Part shown: positions 55,624-64,000 of the stretch, piece after piece | Layout of the letters: each line of letters starts with the position of its first letter | Numbering within the stretch: position 1 is the first letter of the stretch | Assembly (NCBI GenBank): GCA_963825325.1 | Contig: CAWGSU010000003.1 | Span: forward strand, 192,895-256,894 | DNA length: 64,000 nt | From: an uncultured Actinomycetes bacterium | GTDB taxonomy: Bacteria > Actinomycetota > Thermoleophilia > Gaiellales > JAICJC01 | Reading direction: 5' to 3' | The notes under the pieces: model-generated | What the model saw: the letters and a program-made list of their open reading frames with translations, nothing else | The model's database searches: none | Told to the model about the DNA's origin: nothing | Translations under genes and position numbers: made by a program

Positions 55624-55797
55624 ATGCAGCTGCCCACCGACCGCCCCGTCACCGTTCGCTTCACCGACGGCAAGGAGCTGGCCGTGACGGTGAAGGAGTC
55701 CGACGCGCTCGGCGTGCTGGCGGCGTCGGCCGAGGGCCAGGCGCGCACGATCGTGATCCCGTGGAGCGCGATCAACCAGATCATCTGGCAGAGCTGA
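55624..55797 (+). CDS. small hypothetical protein (57 aa)
   Basis: RBS AAGGAG plus ATG 55624. Product MQLPTDRPVTVRFTDGKELAVTVKESDALGVLAASAEGQARTIVIPWSAINQIIWQS. Confidence 0.6.
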   Translation: MQLPTDRPVTVRFTDGKELAVTVKESDALGVLAASAEGQARTIVIPWSAINQIIWQS

Positions 55798-55804
55798 CGG
55801 CGCG

Positions 55805-56713
55805 TCAGCTCGTGGCGAGCGCCTCGGCAGCGCCGAGCACGGCCACGGCGTCGTCCGCGGTGGCCGCGTCTGCGGCCGTGCCCGCCGACACGCGCGCGGC
55901 GAACGCGCGCGCCTGGGCCCGCAGAGCCCGTTCGAACGCCGCGTCGCCCTCGTCGCCCCAGAGCACCGGCACGCGCTCGTAGCCGGCGGTGCCGAAGACC
56001 TCGACCCAGACGCAGTCGCCGTGGGGGAAGCTCTGGCCGAGCGAGACGAGGGCCGCGGTGCCGCCCGAGAGCGACCCGAGCAGCTGCAGCCCTTCAGGGC
56101 CGTCCCCGCGCGGCGGCTGGGCGGCGCGGGCGAACGGGCCGAGCTCCTGCCCGGTGAGCCAGCGCAGCTGGTCGAGCTCGTGCACGCCCATGTCGATCGC
56201 GATGCCACCGCTCGTACCCCGGAACCCCGGCGCGGGCGGAGCCGCGTCCCACTGGTAGCACCCGACGAGCGTGAGCTCGCCAAGCGTTCCCGCTCGGATG
56301 CGCGCGCGCAGGTCGCGCAGCTCGGGCACGAAGCGGCGCCAGTAGCCGATCTGGAGCACGCACCCGGCCGCGTCCGCCGCCGCGGCGGCCGCGCGCGCAT
56401 CGGCCGAGGTCGTGCCGCAGGGCTTCTCGCACAGCATGGACAGGCCGCGCTCGGCGCACTGCTGGACGATCTGCAGGTGCAACGTCGAGGGCGCGGCAAT
56501 GAGCGCGGCCTCGACGCCGCCGTGGCGCAGCGCGTCGTCCAGGTCGGCGAATGCCGGCGTCTGCGGGGCGCCGGCGAGCGCGGCCGAGCGGGCGGCCTCG
56601 GACGGGTCGACGATCGCGGTGACCCGCACCGCTAGCTCGTCGGCGAGCGCCCGCAGGTGGGTCGCGCCCATGCGGCCGGCACCAACGATCACGACGCCGA
56701 TCGGCGTGCTCAT
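55805..56713 (-). CDS. Gfo/Idh/MocA-family oxidoreductase
   Basis: 302 aa with N-terminal Rossmann IGVVIVGAGRMG and LCEKPC. Confidence 0.9.
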   Translation of the reverse strand: MSTPIGVVIVGAGRMGATHLRALADELAVRVTAIVDPSEAARSAALAGAPQTPAFADLDDALRHGGVEAALIAAPSTLHLQIVQQCAERGLSMLCEKPCGTTSADARAAAAAADAAGCVLQIGYWRRFVPELRDLRARIRAGTLGELTLVGCYQWDAAPPAPGFRGTSGGIAIDMGVHELDQLRWLTGQELGPFARAAQPPRGDGPEGLQLLGSLSGGTAALVSLGQSFPHGDCVWVEVFGTAGYERVPVLWGDEGDAAFERALRAQARAFAARVSAGTAADAATADDAVAVLGAAEALATS

Positions 56714-56769
56714 GCCAGGGTGGGTGTCGGCTGCGCGGCCACGACGCTGACCCTACCTGCTCACCGGTT

Positions 56770-58527
56770 ATGATCCGGGGAATGAGATTCCCGGCAGGTG
56801 GAATCGCACGGCGGAGTGTGGGGGCGGCGGCGGTGGCGGGAGCGGTGTCGCTCGTGCTGGCCGCGCTTGCCTCCGGCGCGGCGAACCTGATCGCAAATGG
56901 CACCTTCGAGGGCTCCGGGGCCGGGTCGCTGACCGGCTGGGGCGGCAGCAACGGCACGCTCTCGCTGGTAGCCGGAAACGGCGGCGGCCACGCCGCGCGC
57001 GTGAAGGCCTCGAGCACCTCGCAGGTGTACGTCTACACCACCACCAAGCCCGTGAAGTCGACCGTCAAGGGCACGCCGTACCAGGTGAACGGGGTCGTGC
57101 GCAGCGACGCGGCCGGCCAGAGCGTGTGCCTGAAGCTGAAGGAGCTGCCGTCCGGGAGCTCGACCGCGGTCGGCACGGCCCAGACCTGCGTGACGACGAC
57201 GACGGCCTGGCAGCCGTTCCCGACGGTGTCCTACACGACCGTCGGCACGGGCGACTCGCTGACCGTGAACGCCGTCGAGGCCTCCCCCCAGTCCGGCGCG
57301 ACCTACGACATCGACGACATGAGCCTGGCCACCGGCACCGGGTCGTCCGACACGGCTGCACCGAGCGTGCCGGCGGGGGTCGCCGCGGCCGCCGACGGGC
57401 CGAACTCGGTGTCAGTGCAGTGGTCGGCGTCGCAGGACAATGTGGGAGTCGCGGGCTACGACGTCTTCCGCAACGGCGCCAGGGTGGGGACCGTGACCGG
57501 CACCGCCTTCGCCGACACGAGCGCGCAGCCGGCGACGACCTACAGCTACACCGTCGACGCGTTCGACGCCGCGCACAACACCTCGGCGCAATCGTCCCCG
57601 TCACCGGCCGCGACGGTCACCACCCCCGCGGCTCCCGCCGGGGTCTGCGGCTCGCTGGCGGGGTCGTTCAACCCCGCGAATCCGCCCACCTACACCCACG
57701 TCGTCGTGATCATGGACGAGAACCTGAGCTACAACGGCTGGTTCGGCTCGGCGGCCGCGCCGTACTCGAACGGGCTGGCCTCCCAATGCGCGCTCGCGAC
57801 CAACGCGGTCGGCGCCACCCACCCGTCGCAGCCCAACTACCTCGCGCCGCTGAGCGGCGTGCTCCAGGTCTGGAACGGGGCCGCGCAGCACACCTCGGCC
57901 GACAACCTGCTGCACCAGCTCGGCGCCGCCGGCAAGTCCTGGGCCGCGCTCGAGGAGAGCATGGGGAGCGCCTGCTCGGGGACGACGTCGGGCAACTACA
58001 AGACCGGCCACAACCCGGCGGTCTGGTTCACTGACCTGGCTGCGGGCGGCGACGGCTCGTGCGCGAGAAACGACGTCGGCTTCAGCCTCGCCGGGTTCAA
58101 CCCGACCGCCCTCGCGACGTTCACCTGGATCACGCCGAACCTGTGCAACGACATGCACTGGCAGGCCGGCTGCCCCGGCTCGAACGCCACTCGCGTTCAG
58201 AGCGGCGACACGTGGCTCTCGCAGCTTCTGCCGCAGGTCTTCGCCTCGGCGGACTACCAGGCCGGCAAGACGCTCGTGCTGCTCACGTGGGACGAGGGCA
58301 ACGAGTCGTCAACGAGCGGTATCGACTGCACGACCCAGGCGAACATCGACTCGAGCGGCTGTCACGTCGGCCTGGTTGCGGCGAGCGCCTACATCACCCC
58401 CGGCACGCGCGACGCCACCCGCTACTCCCCGTACTCGGCGCTCGCAGCGATCGAGACGATGGAGGGCCTGCCGCTGCTCGGCCGCGCGCAGACGGCGACG
58501 CCGCTCGGCCCGGCGATGGGCTTCTAG
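56770..58527 (+). CDS. secreted multidomain protein: CBM-like + fibronectin type III + phosphoesterase-family domain
   Basis: Signal peptide, then NLIANGTFEGSG...YDIDDMSL, then FN3 PNSVSVQWSASQDNVGVAGYDVFRNG...YSYTVDAFDAAHN, then VVVIMDENLSY...HPSQPNYL...TGHNPAVWF...TWITPNLCNDMH...LLTWDEG. Confidence 0.85.
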   Translation: MIRGMRFPAGGIARRSVGAAAVAGAVSLVLAALASGAANLIANGTFEGSGAGSLTGWGGSNGTLSLVAGNGGGHAARVKASSTSQVYVYTTTKPVKSTVKGTPYQVNGVVRSDAAGQSVCLKLKELPSGSSTAVGTAQTCVTTTTAWQPFPTVSYTTVGTGDSLTVNAVEASPQSGATYDIDDMSLATGTGSSDTAAPSVPAGVAAAADGPNSVSVQWSASQDNVGVAGYDVFRNGARVGTVTGTAFADTSAQPATTYSYTVDAFDAAHNTSAQSSPSPAATVTTPAAPAGVCGSLAGSFNPANPPTYTHVVVIMDENLSYNGWFGSAAAPYSNGLASQCALATNAVGATHPSQPNYLAPLSGVLQVWNGAAQHTSADNLLHQLGAAGKSWAALEESMGSACSGTTSGNYKTGHNPAVWFTDLAAGGDGSCARNDVGFSLAGFNPTALATFTWITPNLCNDMHWQAGCPGSNATRVQSGDTWLSQLLPQVFASADYQAGKTLVLLTWDEGNESSTSGIDCTTQANIDSSGCHVGLVAASAYITPGTRDATRYSPYSALAAIETMEGLPLLGRAQTATPLGPAMGF

Positions 58528-58578
58528 CCCCACCGGCGGCGGGACTGTCCCCGGGTGTCAGGCAGTAGCGTCCCCTGA

Positions 58579-59364
58579 GTGTTCCTGTTCCCGTGGTATG
58601 CGGCGCTCTGCGCCGCCCAGGGCGTGCTCGTGGCGATCCCGGCCGTCGGGCGCGAGACGGGGCGCAGGCACACGCTGCTCGCGCTCGCCGGCCCGGCCGC
58701 GGCGATGGTCGTCGGCGTCGGGCTCGTGCGCGTGCTGGGCGGCTCCGGTGCGAGCTTCCTCGCCTACCTCGGCACGATCGCGACACCCGCCCTCGCCGCG
58801 GCGCTCGGACGGGTCGCCAACTGGCGCTTCCCCTACCTGACGGTCGCCGCGGCGGCCGTGCTCTACGTGATCGCCTGGCAGGCCGACGGCCACACCGCCG
58901 AGGTCGCGGAGCTGCTCCTGATCGGCGGCGCCTGCCTCGCCATCGCGGGCGTCGTCGGGCCGATCACCCCCGCCCGGTACCTCGCGCTCGGCCTCGTCGT
59001 GCTGATCGCGGTCGACGTGTACCTGGTTTGGGGCACGACCGAGGTGAGGTCGACGACGCAGGCCCTGCAGCAGACCGCCCTCCCGCATGTCGGCGTCACC
59101 TCTGCGCCCTCCAAGCCGCTGCCCGCGCTGCAACAGGTCGACCTCGGCAACTCGAGCATGGGCTGGCTCGACTTCCTCGCCCCGGCGCTGCTCGGCGCGG
59201 TCGTCGGCCGCTGCACGCGGCGGCGCGTGCTCGCCGCGGTCGTCGTGGCCGTCGCCGCGCTCGCGTGGGGGTTCCTGCTCGAGTTCACCTCCCAGCTCCC
59301 GGCCACCGTCCCGGTCCTGGCGGGCCTGGCCGTCTCCTGGCCGGCCTGGTGGCGGCGCGCGTGA
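58579..59364 (+). CDS. polytopic membrane protein with presenilin/SPP-like motif order
   Basis: 261 aa with about 8 TM segments. It has an intramembrane D (LIAVDVYLVWG), then MGWLDFLAPALLG, then QLPATVPVL. Confidence 0.75.
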   Translation: MFLFPWYAALCAAQGVLVAIPAVGRETGRRHTLLALAGPAAAMVVGVGLVRVLGGSGASFLAYLGTIATPALAAALGRVANWRFPYLTVAAAAVLYVIAWQADGHTAEVAELLLIGGACLAIAGVVGPITPARYLALGLVVLIAVDVYLVWGTTEVRSTTQALQQTALPHVGVTSAPSKPLPALQQVDLGNSSMGWLDFLAPALLGAVVGRCTRRRVLAAVVVAVAALAWGFLLEFTSQLPATVPVLAGLAVSWPAWWRRA

Positions 59365-59560
59365 GGTAGCGCTCGAGCTCGCGCATTCCGGCGCGTACGT
59401 ACCGGCGCTCGGCCCGCCTGCGCTGCCACCGCGTCCAGCGCGGCGGCACGACGGCCGAGCCGACGCACAGGATCGCGGCGACGGCCGCCGCGGCTGCCGC
59501 TGCCATCAGGCCGATGTCGAACGCCCGGCCGTACGCGTAGAGCGACTGCAGCGACTGCAT
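59285..59560 (-). CDS. possible small membrane protein (91 aa)
   Basis: ATG at 59560 just after the stop of the MBL gene. Product MQSLQSLYAYGRAFDIGLMAAAAAAAVAAILCVGSAVV...; its 3' end overlaps the convergent gene by 80 nt. Confidence 0.35.
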   Translation of the reverse strand: MQSLQSLYAYGRAFDIGLMAAAAAAAVAAILCVGSAVVPPRWTRWQRRRAERRYVRAGMRELERYLTRAATRPARRRPGPPGPGRWPGAGR

Positions 59561-59577
59561 CACCGCGCCGTCCTCGC

Positions 59578-60252
59578 TCAGCTCCCCGCCGCCGGCGGCG
59601 CCATGTGCAGCACGCCGGTCGACCCGATGCCGTCCTGCTCGATCGCATGCTCCGGGCCGGTCGGCGTGATGTGCTCGAACAGCGCGAGAAACGCGTCTGC
59701 CGGCTCGAGGAAGTCGATCGCGTCGGTGCGGTAGTGCATCGGCACGACCCAGCGCGGGTCGAGCGCCCGCGTGATCGCCGCCGCCTGGGTGGCGTCGATC
59801 GTCGGCCCTCCGCCGACCGGCACGATCAGCAGGTCGACCGCCCCGATGGCCGCGCGCTGCTCGGGCCGCAGGCCGGTCTGGCCGAAGTCGCCGAAATGGC
59901 ATACGCGCACGCCGTCGAGCGTGAACACGAAGATCGTGTTCGGGCCGCGGGCCGTGCCCGCCTGGTCGTCGTGCTCCGAGGCGATCGCGACCACCTCGCC
60001 GACGGGCGTCTCGAACCGGCCCGCCGTCGAGCGCACGATCTGCGGCGCGCCGGTGATCGCCTCGACGGCGTTGTGGTCGATGTGCTCGTGCGTGACGAGC
60101 AGCAGGTCGGCGGCGTGCACCGGCACCGGCGGGTACTCGAACCGGCGCCGGCCCTGCATCAGGGCGCCCAGGTCGCCGAACGGGTCGATGGCGACGGTCT
60201 GCTCGGCGCCGGTGAGGGTGTAGGCGGACTGGCCGTGCCAGCGGATCTTCAT
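59578..60252 (-). CDS. MBL-fold metal-dependent hydrolase (UPF0173-like)
   Basis: RBS GGAGGA plus ATG 60252. Product MKIRWHGQSAYTLTG...LLLVTHEHIDHN. Confidence 0.9.
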   Translation of the reverse strand: MKIRWHGQSAYTLTGAEQTVAIDPFGDLGALMQGRRRFEYPPVPVHAADLLLVTHEHIDHNAVEAITGAPQIVRSTAGRFETPVGEVVAIASEHDDQAGTARGPNTIFVFTLDGVRVCHFGDFGQTGLRPEQRAAIGAVDLLIVPVGGGPTIDATQAAAITRALDPRWVVPMHYRTDAIDFLEPADAFLALFEHITPTGPEHAIEQDGIGSTGVLHMAPPAAGS

Positions 60253-60373
60253 CGCGCTCCTCCCGCGGGGTTCCCCCGCCGGCCGTTTCTCACGTGCGCT
60301 AGAGATTATCACGTCTGATTGGGGGTGGGAGGGGTCTGGCAGGCATGTCCTCCCCCTGCTATCTTCCGTAAAG

Positions 60374-60850
60374 GTGAGTATGACTCCCGAAGATCAGGCT
60401 GCCCCCGCCGCCGTGGCCCCGTTTCGCATCGGCGAGCTTGCCCGGCGGGTGGGCGCGACGCCTCGCACCGTGCGCTACTACGAGGAGCTCGGCCTGCTGC
60501 CCGCCCGCGGTCGCCCCGAGGGCACGCACCGGCTGTACGACCACGAGGACGAGGCGCGCCTGGCCGACCTGATCCGGGTGCGCGACCTGCTCGGCCTCTC
60601 GCTTGCCGAGCTGGCCGACTGGATGGACGCCGAGTCGGCCCGCGCCGTCCTGCGCGAGCGCTGGCACGGCTCGCCCGCGCCGGCGGTCGACGACCGCGCG
60701 CGCATCCTGACCGAGGCGCTGCGCCACGTCGAGACCCAGGTCGCCCTGGTGCGGTCGCGGCGCGCCGCCCTGGAGCAGCTCGAGGACGAGCTGCTCGAGA
60801 AGCGCCGCCAGATCCGGGCGCTGCGCGACGAGTTCGAGGAGCAGGTGTGA
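60374..60850 (+). CDS. MerR-family transcriptional regulator
   Basis: 158 aa with FRIGELARRVGATPRTVRYYEELGLL and a C-terminal coiled coil. Confidence 0.9.
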   Translation: MSMTPEDQAAPAAVAPFRIGELARRVGATPRTVRYYEELGLLPARGRPEGTHRLYDHEDEARLADLIRVRDLLGLSLAELADWMDAESARAVLRERWHGSPAPAVDDRARILTEALRHVETQVALVRSRRAALEQLEDELLEKRRQIRALRDEFEEQV

Positions 60851-62586
60851 ACCCGCAGGCGCCGCCTTCGCCGCGGTACAAGTGGATCGCGCTCTCGAAC
60901 ACGACGCTCGGCATTCTGATGGCGACGATCAACTCCTCGATCGTGTTGATCGCCCTGCCGGACATCTTCCGCGGCATCGATCTGAACCCGCTCGGCGCCG
61001 GCAACTCGAGCTACCTGCTGTGGATGATCATGGGCTTCCTGGTGGCGACCGCGGTGCTCGTCGTCAGCTTCGGCCGGGTGGGGGACATCTACGGCCGCGT
61101 GCGCATGTTCACGCTCGGCTTCGCGATCTTCACCGTCTTCTCGGTGCTCCTGTCGGTGACGTGGATGCACGGCGGGGCGGGCGCGCTCTGGATGATCGTG
61201 ATGCGCGTCGGCCAGGGCGTCGGCGGCGCCTTCCTGTTTGCGAACTCCTCGGCCATCCTCACCGACGCCTTCCCGCACAACCAGCGCGGGCTCGCGCTCG
61301 GCGTGAACACCGTCGCCGGCATCGCCGGGTCGTTCATCGGCCTCGTGCTGGGCGGCGTGCTCGGGCCGGTGTCATGGCGGCTCGTGTTCCTCGTCTCGGT
61401 GCCGGTGGGACTCTTCGGCACGCTGTGGTCGTGGCGCAAGCTGGTCGATCTCGGAGTGCGCCAGCCGGCCAAGATCGACTGGTGGGGCAACGTGACGTTC
61501 GCCGCCGGCCTGATCGCGATCCTCGTCGGGATCACCTACGGCATCCAGCCCTACGGCGGGCACACGATGGGGTGGACCTCGCCGAAGGTGCTCGGCTGCA
61601 TGGGCGGGGGCCTGCTGCTGCTCGCCATCTTCGCCGTGATCGAGACGCGTATCGCGGATCCGATGTTCCGGCTCGGCCTGTTCCGCATCCGCGCCTTCAC
61701 GGCCGGCAACATCGCCACCCTGCTGGCCTCGCTCGGCCGCGGCGGGCTCATGTTCATGCTGATCATGTGGCTGCAGGGCATCTGGCTGCCGCTGCACGGC
61801 TACAGCTTCGCGCAGACGCCGCTCTGGGCCGGCATCTACATGCTGCCGCTGACCGTCGGCTTCCTGATCGCCGGGCCGGCGTCGGGATACCTCTCTGACC
61901 ACTTCGGCGCACGTCCGTTCGCGACCGGCGGCATGCTGGTTGCGGCGCTCTCCTTCTTCCTGCTCGAGCTCCTGCCGGTGAACTTCGACTACGTGTGGTT
62001 CAGCCTGCTGCTGCTGATGGTCGGACTGGGGATGGGGCTGTTCGCCTCGCCGAACCAGGCGGGGATCATGAACAGCCTGCCGCCGAACCGGCGCGGCGCC
62101 GGCGCCGGCATGGCCACGACGTTTCAGAACTCGGCCCTCGTGCTCTCGATCGGGATCTTCTTCTCGCTGATGATCCTCGGCCTCGCGAGCACGCTCCCCG
62201 GGACACTCGACCACGGGCTTGTCGCCCAGGGGGTGCCGCACGCCGACGCTGCGCGCATCTCACACCTGCCGCCGGTCGGGCTCCTGTTCGCCTCGTTCCT
62301 CGGCTACAACCCGATGCAGCAGCTGCTCGGGCCGGTGCTGCCGCACGTCTCGCACGCGCACGCCTCCTACCTGACGGGGCGCACGTTCTTCCCGCAGCTG
62401 ATGAGCAAGCCGTTCCAGAACGGGCTGCACGAGGCGTTCGACTTCGCGATCGCCGCGTGCCTGGTCGCGGCCGGCGCCTCGTGGCTGCGGGGCGGCAAGT
62501 ACGTGCACGGGCTCGACGAGCCGGAGACGCTGCCGGTCGTCGAGTCGATGGAGGGCGAGATGGCCCTCGCCACCGACGGTGACTAG
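60847..62586 (+). CDS. MFS transporter, DHA2 family
   Basis: GTG at 60847 (GTGA overlap with the merR-like stop). Product VNPQAPPSPRYKWIALSNTTLGILMATINSSIVLIALPDI, about 14 TM segments. Confidence 0.9.
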   Translation: MNPQAPPSPRYKWIALSNTTLGILMATINSSIVLIALPDIFRGIDLNPLGAGNSSYLLWMIMGFLVATAVLVVSFGRVGDIYGRVRMFTLGFAIFTVFSVLLSVTWMHGGAGALWMIVMRVGQGVGGAFLFANSSAILTDAFPHNQRGLALGVNTVAGIAGSFIGLVLGGVLGPVSWRLVFLVSVPVGLFGTLWSWRKLVDLGVRQPAKIDWWGNVTFAAGLIAILVGITYGIQPYGGHTMGWTSPKVLGCMGGGLLLLAIFAVIETRIADPMFRLGLFRIRAFTAGNIATLLASLGRGGLMFMLIMWLQGIWLPLHGYSFAQTPLWAGIYMLPLTVGFLIAGPASGYLSDHFGARPFATGGMLVAALSFFLLELLPVNFDYVWFSLLLLMVGLGMGLFASPNQAGIMNSLPPNRRGAGAGMATTFQNSALVLSIGIFFSLMILGLASTLPGTLDHGLVAQGVPHADAARISHLPPVGLLFASFLGYNPMQQLLGPVLPHVSHAHASYLTGRTFFPQLMSKPFQNGLHEAFDFAIAACLVAAGASWLRGGKYVHGLDEPETLPVVESMEGEMALATDGD

Positions 62587-62587
62587 A

Positions 62588-62609
62588 GGCACAGGAACAG
62601 GGCTGTGCC
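62588..62609 (+). terminator. short hairpin after the MFS gene
   Basis: GGCACAG-GAACAGGG-CTGTGCC starts 2 nt after the stop. The stem is only 7 bp. Confidence 0.35.
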
Positions 62610-62636
62610 GGGTCGATCCGGCCGTATCATGGAGGC

Positions 62637-63671
62637 GTGGACGACACGCAGCGGCGGGCAGCCGATCCCGAGTTCGCGCGCGCGGTCGCGGCGCTCGGCG
62701 CGGCTGACCGGGTCGTCGTCGCCACCCACGAGAACCCCGACGGCGACGCGATCGGATCGCTGACCGCGGCTGCGGCCGGCCTGCGCCAGCTCGGCAAGGA
62801 GGTGCGCGCGTACCTCGAGCCGTGCTCGTCGGTCCCGAGCGAGCTGCGCCTGCTCGACGTGTCCGGGCTCGAGCGGCACCTCGACCCGGGCGAGCTGGGG
62901 CAATGGACGCTGCTCGCCGTCGACTGCGCCACGATGCGCCGGCTGGGGCGCGGCCACGCGGCGGTGGTCGCAGCGGCGGGGCAGGTGATCGACGTCGACC
63001 ACCACTACGACAACACCCGCTTCGGCGACGTCAACGTGATCGACGGCTCCGCCTCGTCGACCGCCGAGATCCTGCTCGACCTGCTCGAGGCGCTCGGGGT
63101 CGCGCTCACCCCGGAGATCGCGCAGGCGCTCTACGTCGCCCTGGTCACCGACACCGGTCGGTTCCAGCAGCGCACCACCGGGCCGAACGCGTTGCGGATG
63201 GCGGCCCGCCTGGTCGACGCCGGCGTCGACATCCAGCAGGTCTACCGGCGCGTCTTCGAGACCGTCCCCCTGCGCAAGCTGCAGCTGCTCGGCCGCGTGA
63301 TCGACCACCTCGTCCTGTACGAGCACGGCAGGGTGGCGATCTCGCACGTCGAGAGGGGCGAGTTCCTCCGCCTGGGTGCGGCCGAGTCGGACACCGAGGG
63401 CCTGGTCGACCACCTGCGCGCGATCCGGGGGGTCGAGGTGGCCGCGCTGATCCGCGAGCCGCCGTTCGACGCCGATGGCGTCGCGCCGCCCAACCGCGTG
63501 TCGCTGCGCTCGCGCGGCGGCATCGACGTCTCGGAGATCGCCCGCAAGACCGGCGGCGGCGGGCACAAGCAGGCGGCCGGGTTCTCGCATGGCGGTGACC
63601 TGCGCTCGATCCACCGCTTCATCGCCGCCGAGGCGGCCGTGCGGCTGCCGCAGGTGGGGTCGGCCGCGTAG
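62637..63671 (+). CDS. DHH-family phosphoesterase (NrnA-like oligoribonuclease/pAp phosphatase)
   Basis: 344 aa with HENPDGDAIGS, DVDHH, DTGRF and GGGHKQAAG. Confidence 0.9.
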   Translation: MDDTQRRAADPEFARAVAALGAADRVVVATHENPDGDAIGSLTAAAAGLRQLGKEVRAYLEPCSSVPSELRLLDVSGLERHLDPGELGQWTLLAVDCATMRRLGRGHAAVVAAAGQVIDVDHHYDNTRFGDVNVIDGSASSTAEILLDLLEALGVALTPEIAQALYVALVTDTGRFQQRTTGPNALRMAARLVDAGVDIQQVYRRVFETVPLRKLQLLGRVIDHLVLYEHGRVAISHVERGEFLRLGAAESDTEGLVDHLRAIRGVEVAALIREPPFDADGVAPPNRVSLRSRGGIDVSEIARKTGGGGHKQAAGFSHGGDLRSIHRFIAAEAAVRLPQVGSAA

Positions 63672-63776
63672 CCGTGGAGGCCGCCGCGCCCGAGCCGGCG
63701 GCGGGCAAACGTCGCGGCCGCCGCGCTCGGCCGGTTCGCGATCCTGTGATCCACCGCCGCTGCCGCGGCACAGCCC

Positions 63777-64000
63777 TCAGTCAGACACCGATTCCGGCAG
63801 CCCGAACCGGGCGAATAGCGCCGGGCTGATGAAGCCGGTCACGTCGGCGATGCGATCGCCGCGCAGCGTGAGCACGTCGAGCACCGCGGCGACGTAGTGC
63901 CCGCGCTCGGCGTCCCACATGTAGCAGCCCACGGCGAGCTGGCCGCTCGCCCGCGCCGGGAGGTGGCGCCACCGCTGCGGGAGCACGTGCTCCGTGTGGA
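63777..64000 (-). CDS. C-terminal part of an ECF-type sigma factor with an NTF2/SnoaL-like extension (5' end outside the window)
   Basis: The frame stays open to the window edge. ...HLPARASGQLAVGCYMWDAERGHYVAAVLDVLTLRGDRIADVTGF matches the C-terminal domain of SigJ/SigG-type sigma factors. Confidence 0.6.
   Translation of the reverse strand, partial: HTEHVLPQRWRHLPARASGQLAVGCYMWDAERGHYVAAVLDVLTLRGDRIADVTGFISPALFARFGLPESVSD

Overview
High-GC (roughly 70%) chromosomal segment of actinobacterial type. The taxon call is an inference from the CGAAC-N4-GTTCG SOS box at lexA, a type-A RNase P RNA and the protein families present. I support about 70 protein genes, one ncRNA (rnpB), several operator-like palindromes and a few hairpin terminators. 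No tRNA, rRNA, CRISPR array, transposase or recombinase gene was seen.

Gene content:
- three TetR or MerR plus DHA2-type MFS efflux modules
- a two-component system next to a GT-C-like membrane protein
- a five-gene minus-strand cluster: small protein, DUF4331, DyP peroxidase, enoyl-CoA hydratase, sulfite-oxidase-like enzyme
- lexA
- a 12-gene sugar locus that I predict degrades poly-galactosamine
- assorted hydrolases and membrane proteins

Main finding: an apparently undescribed mosaic repeat family in 7.0-29.3 kb. An invariant 20-bp core, CCCGGGAGCCATTTGACGGG, always lies on the + strand and is always intergenic. It is flanked by interchangeable arm modules (A, B, C, D). Each arm type reappears as its reverse complement on the opposite side of another core copy, so every complete copy is a chimera. 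The copies split the region into gene cassettes. One cassette is a 1.56-kb M20 peptidase segment with perfect 30-bp inverted ends and direct core repeats, and another is a 15.3-kb segment. Removing either in silico at the cores recreates a perfectly palindromic site. Gene remnants and degraded genes cluster in this zone.

Separately, four genes carry single-nucleotide frame disruptions. These could be real decay or assembly indels.

All family assignments come from motif recognition by eye. No database search was run.
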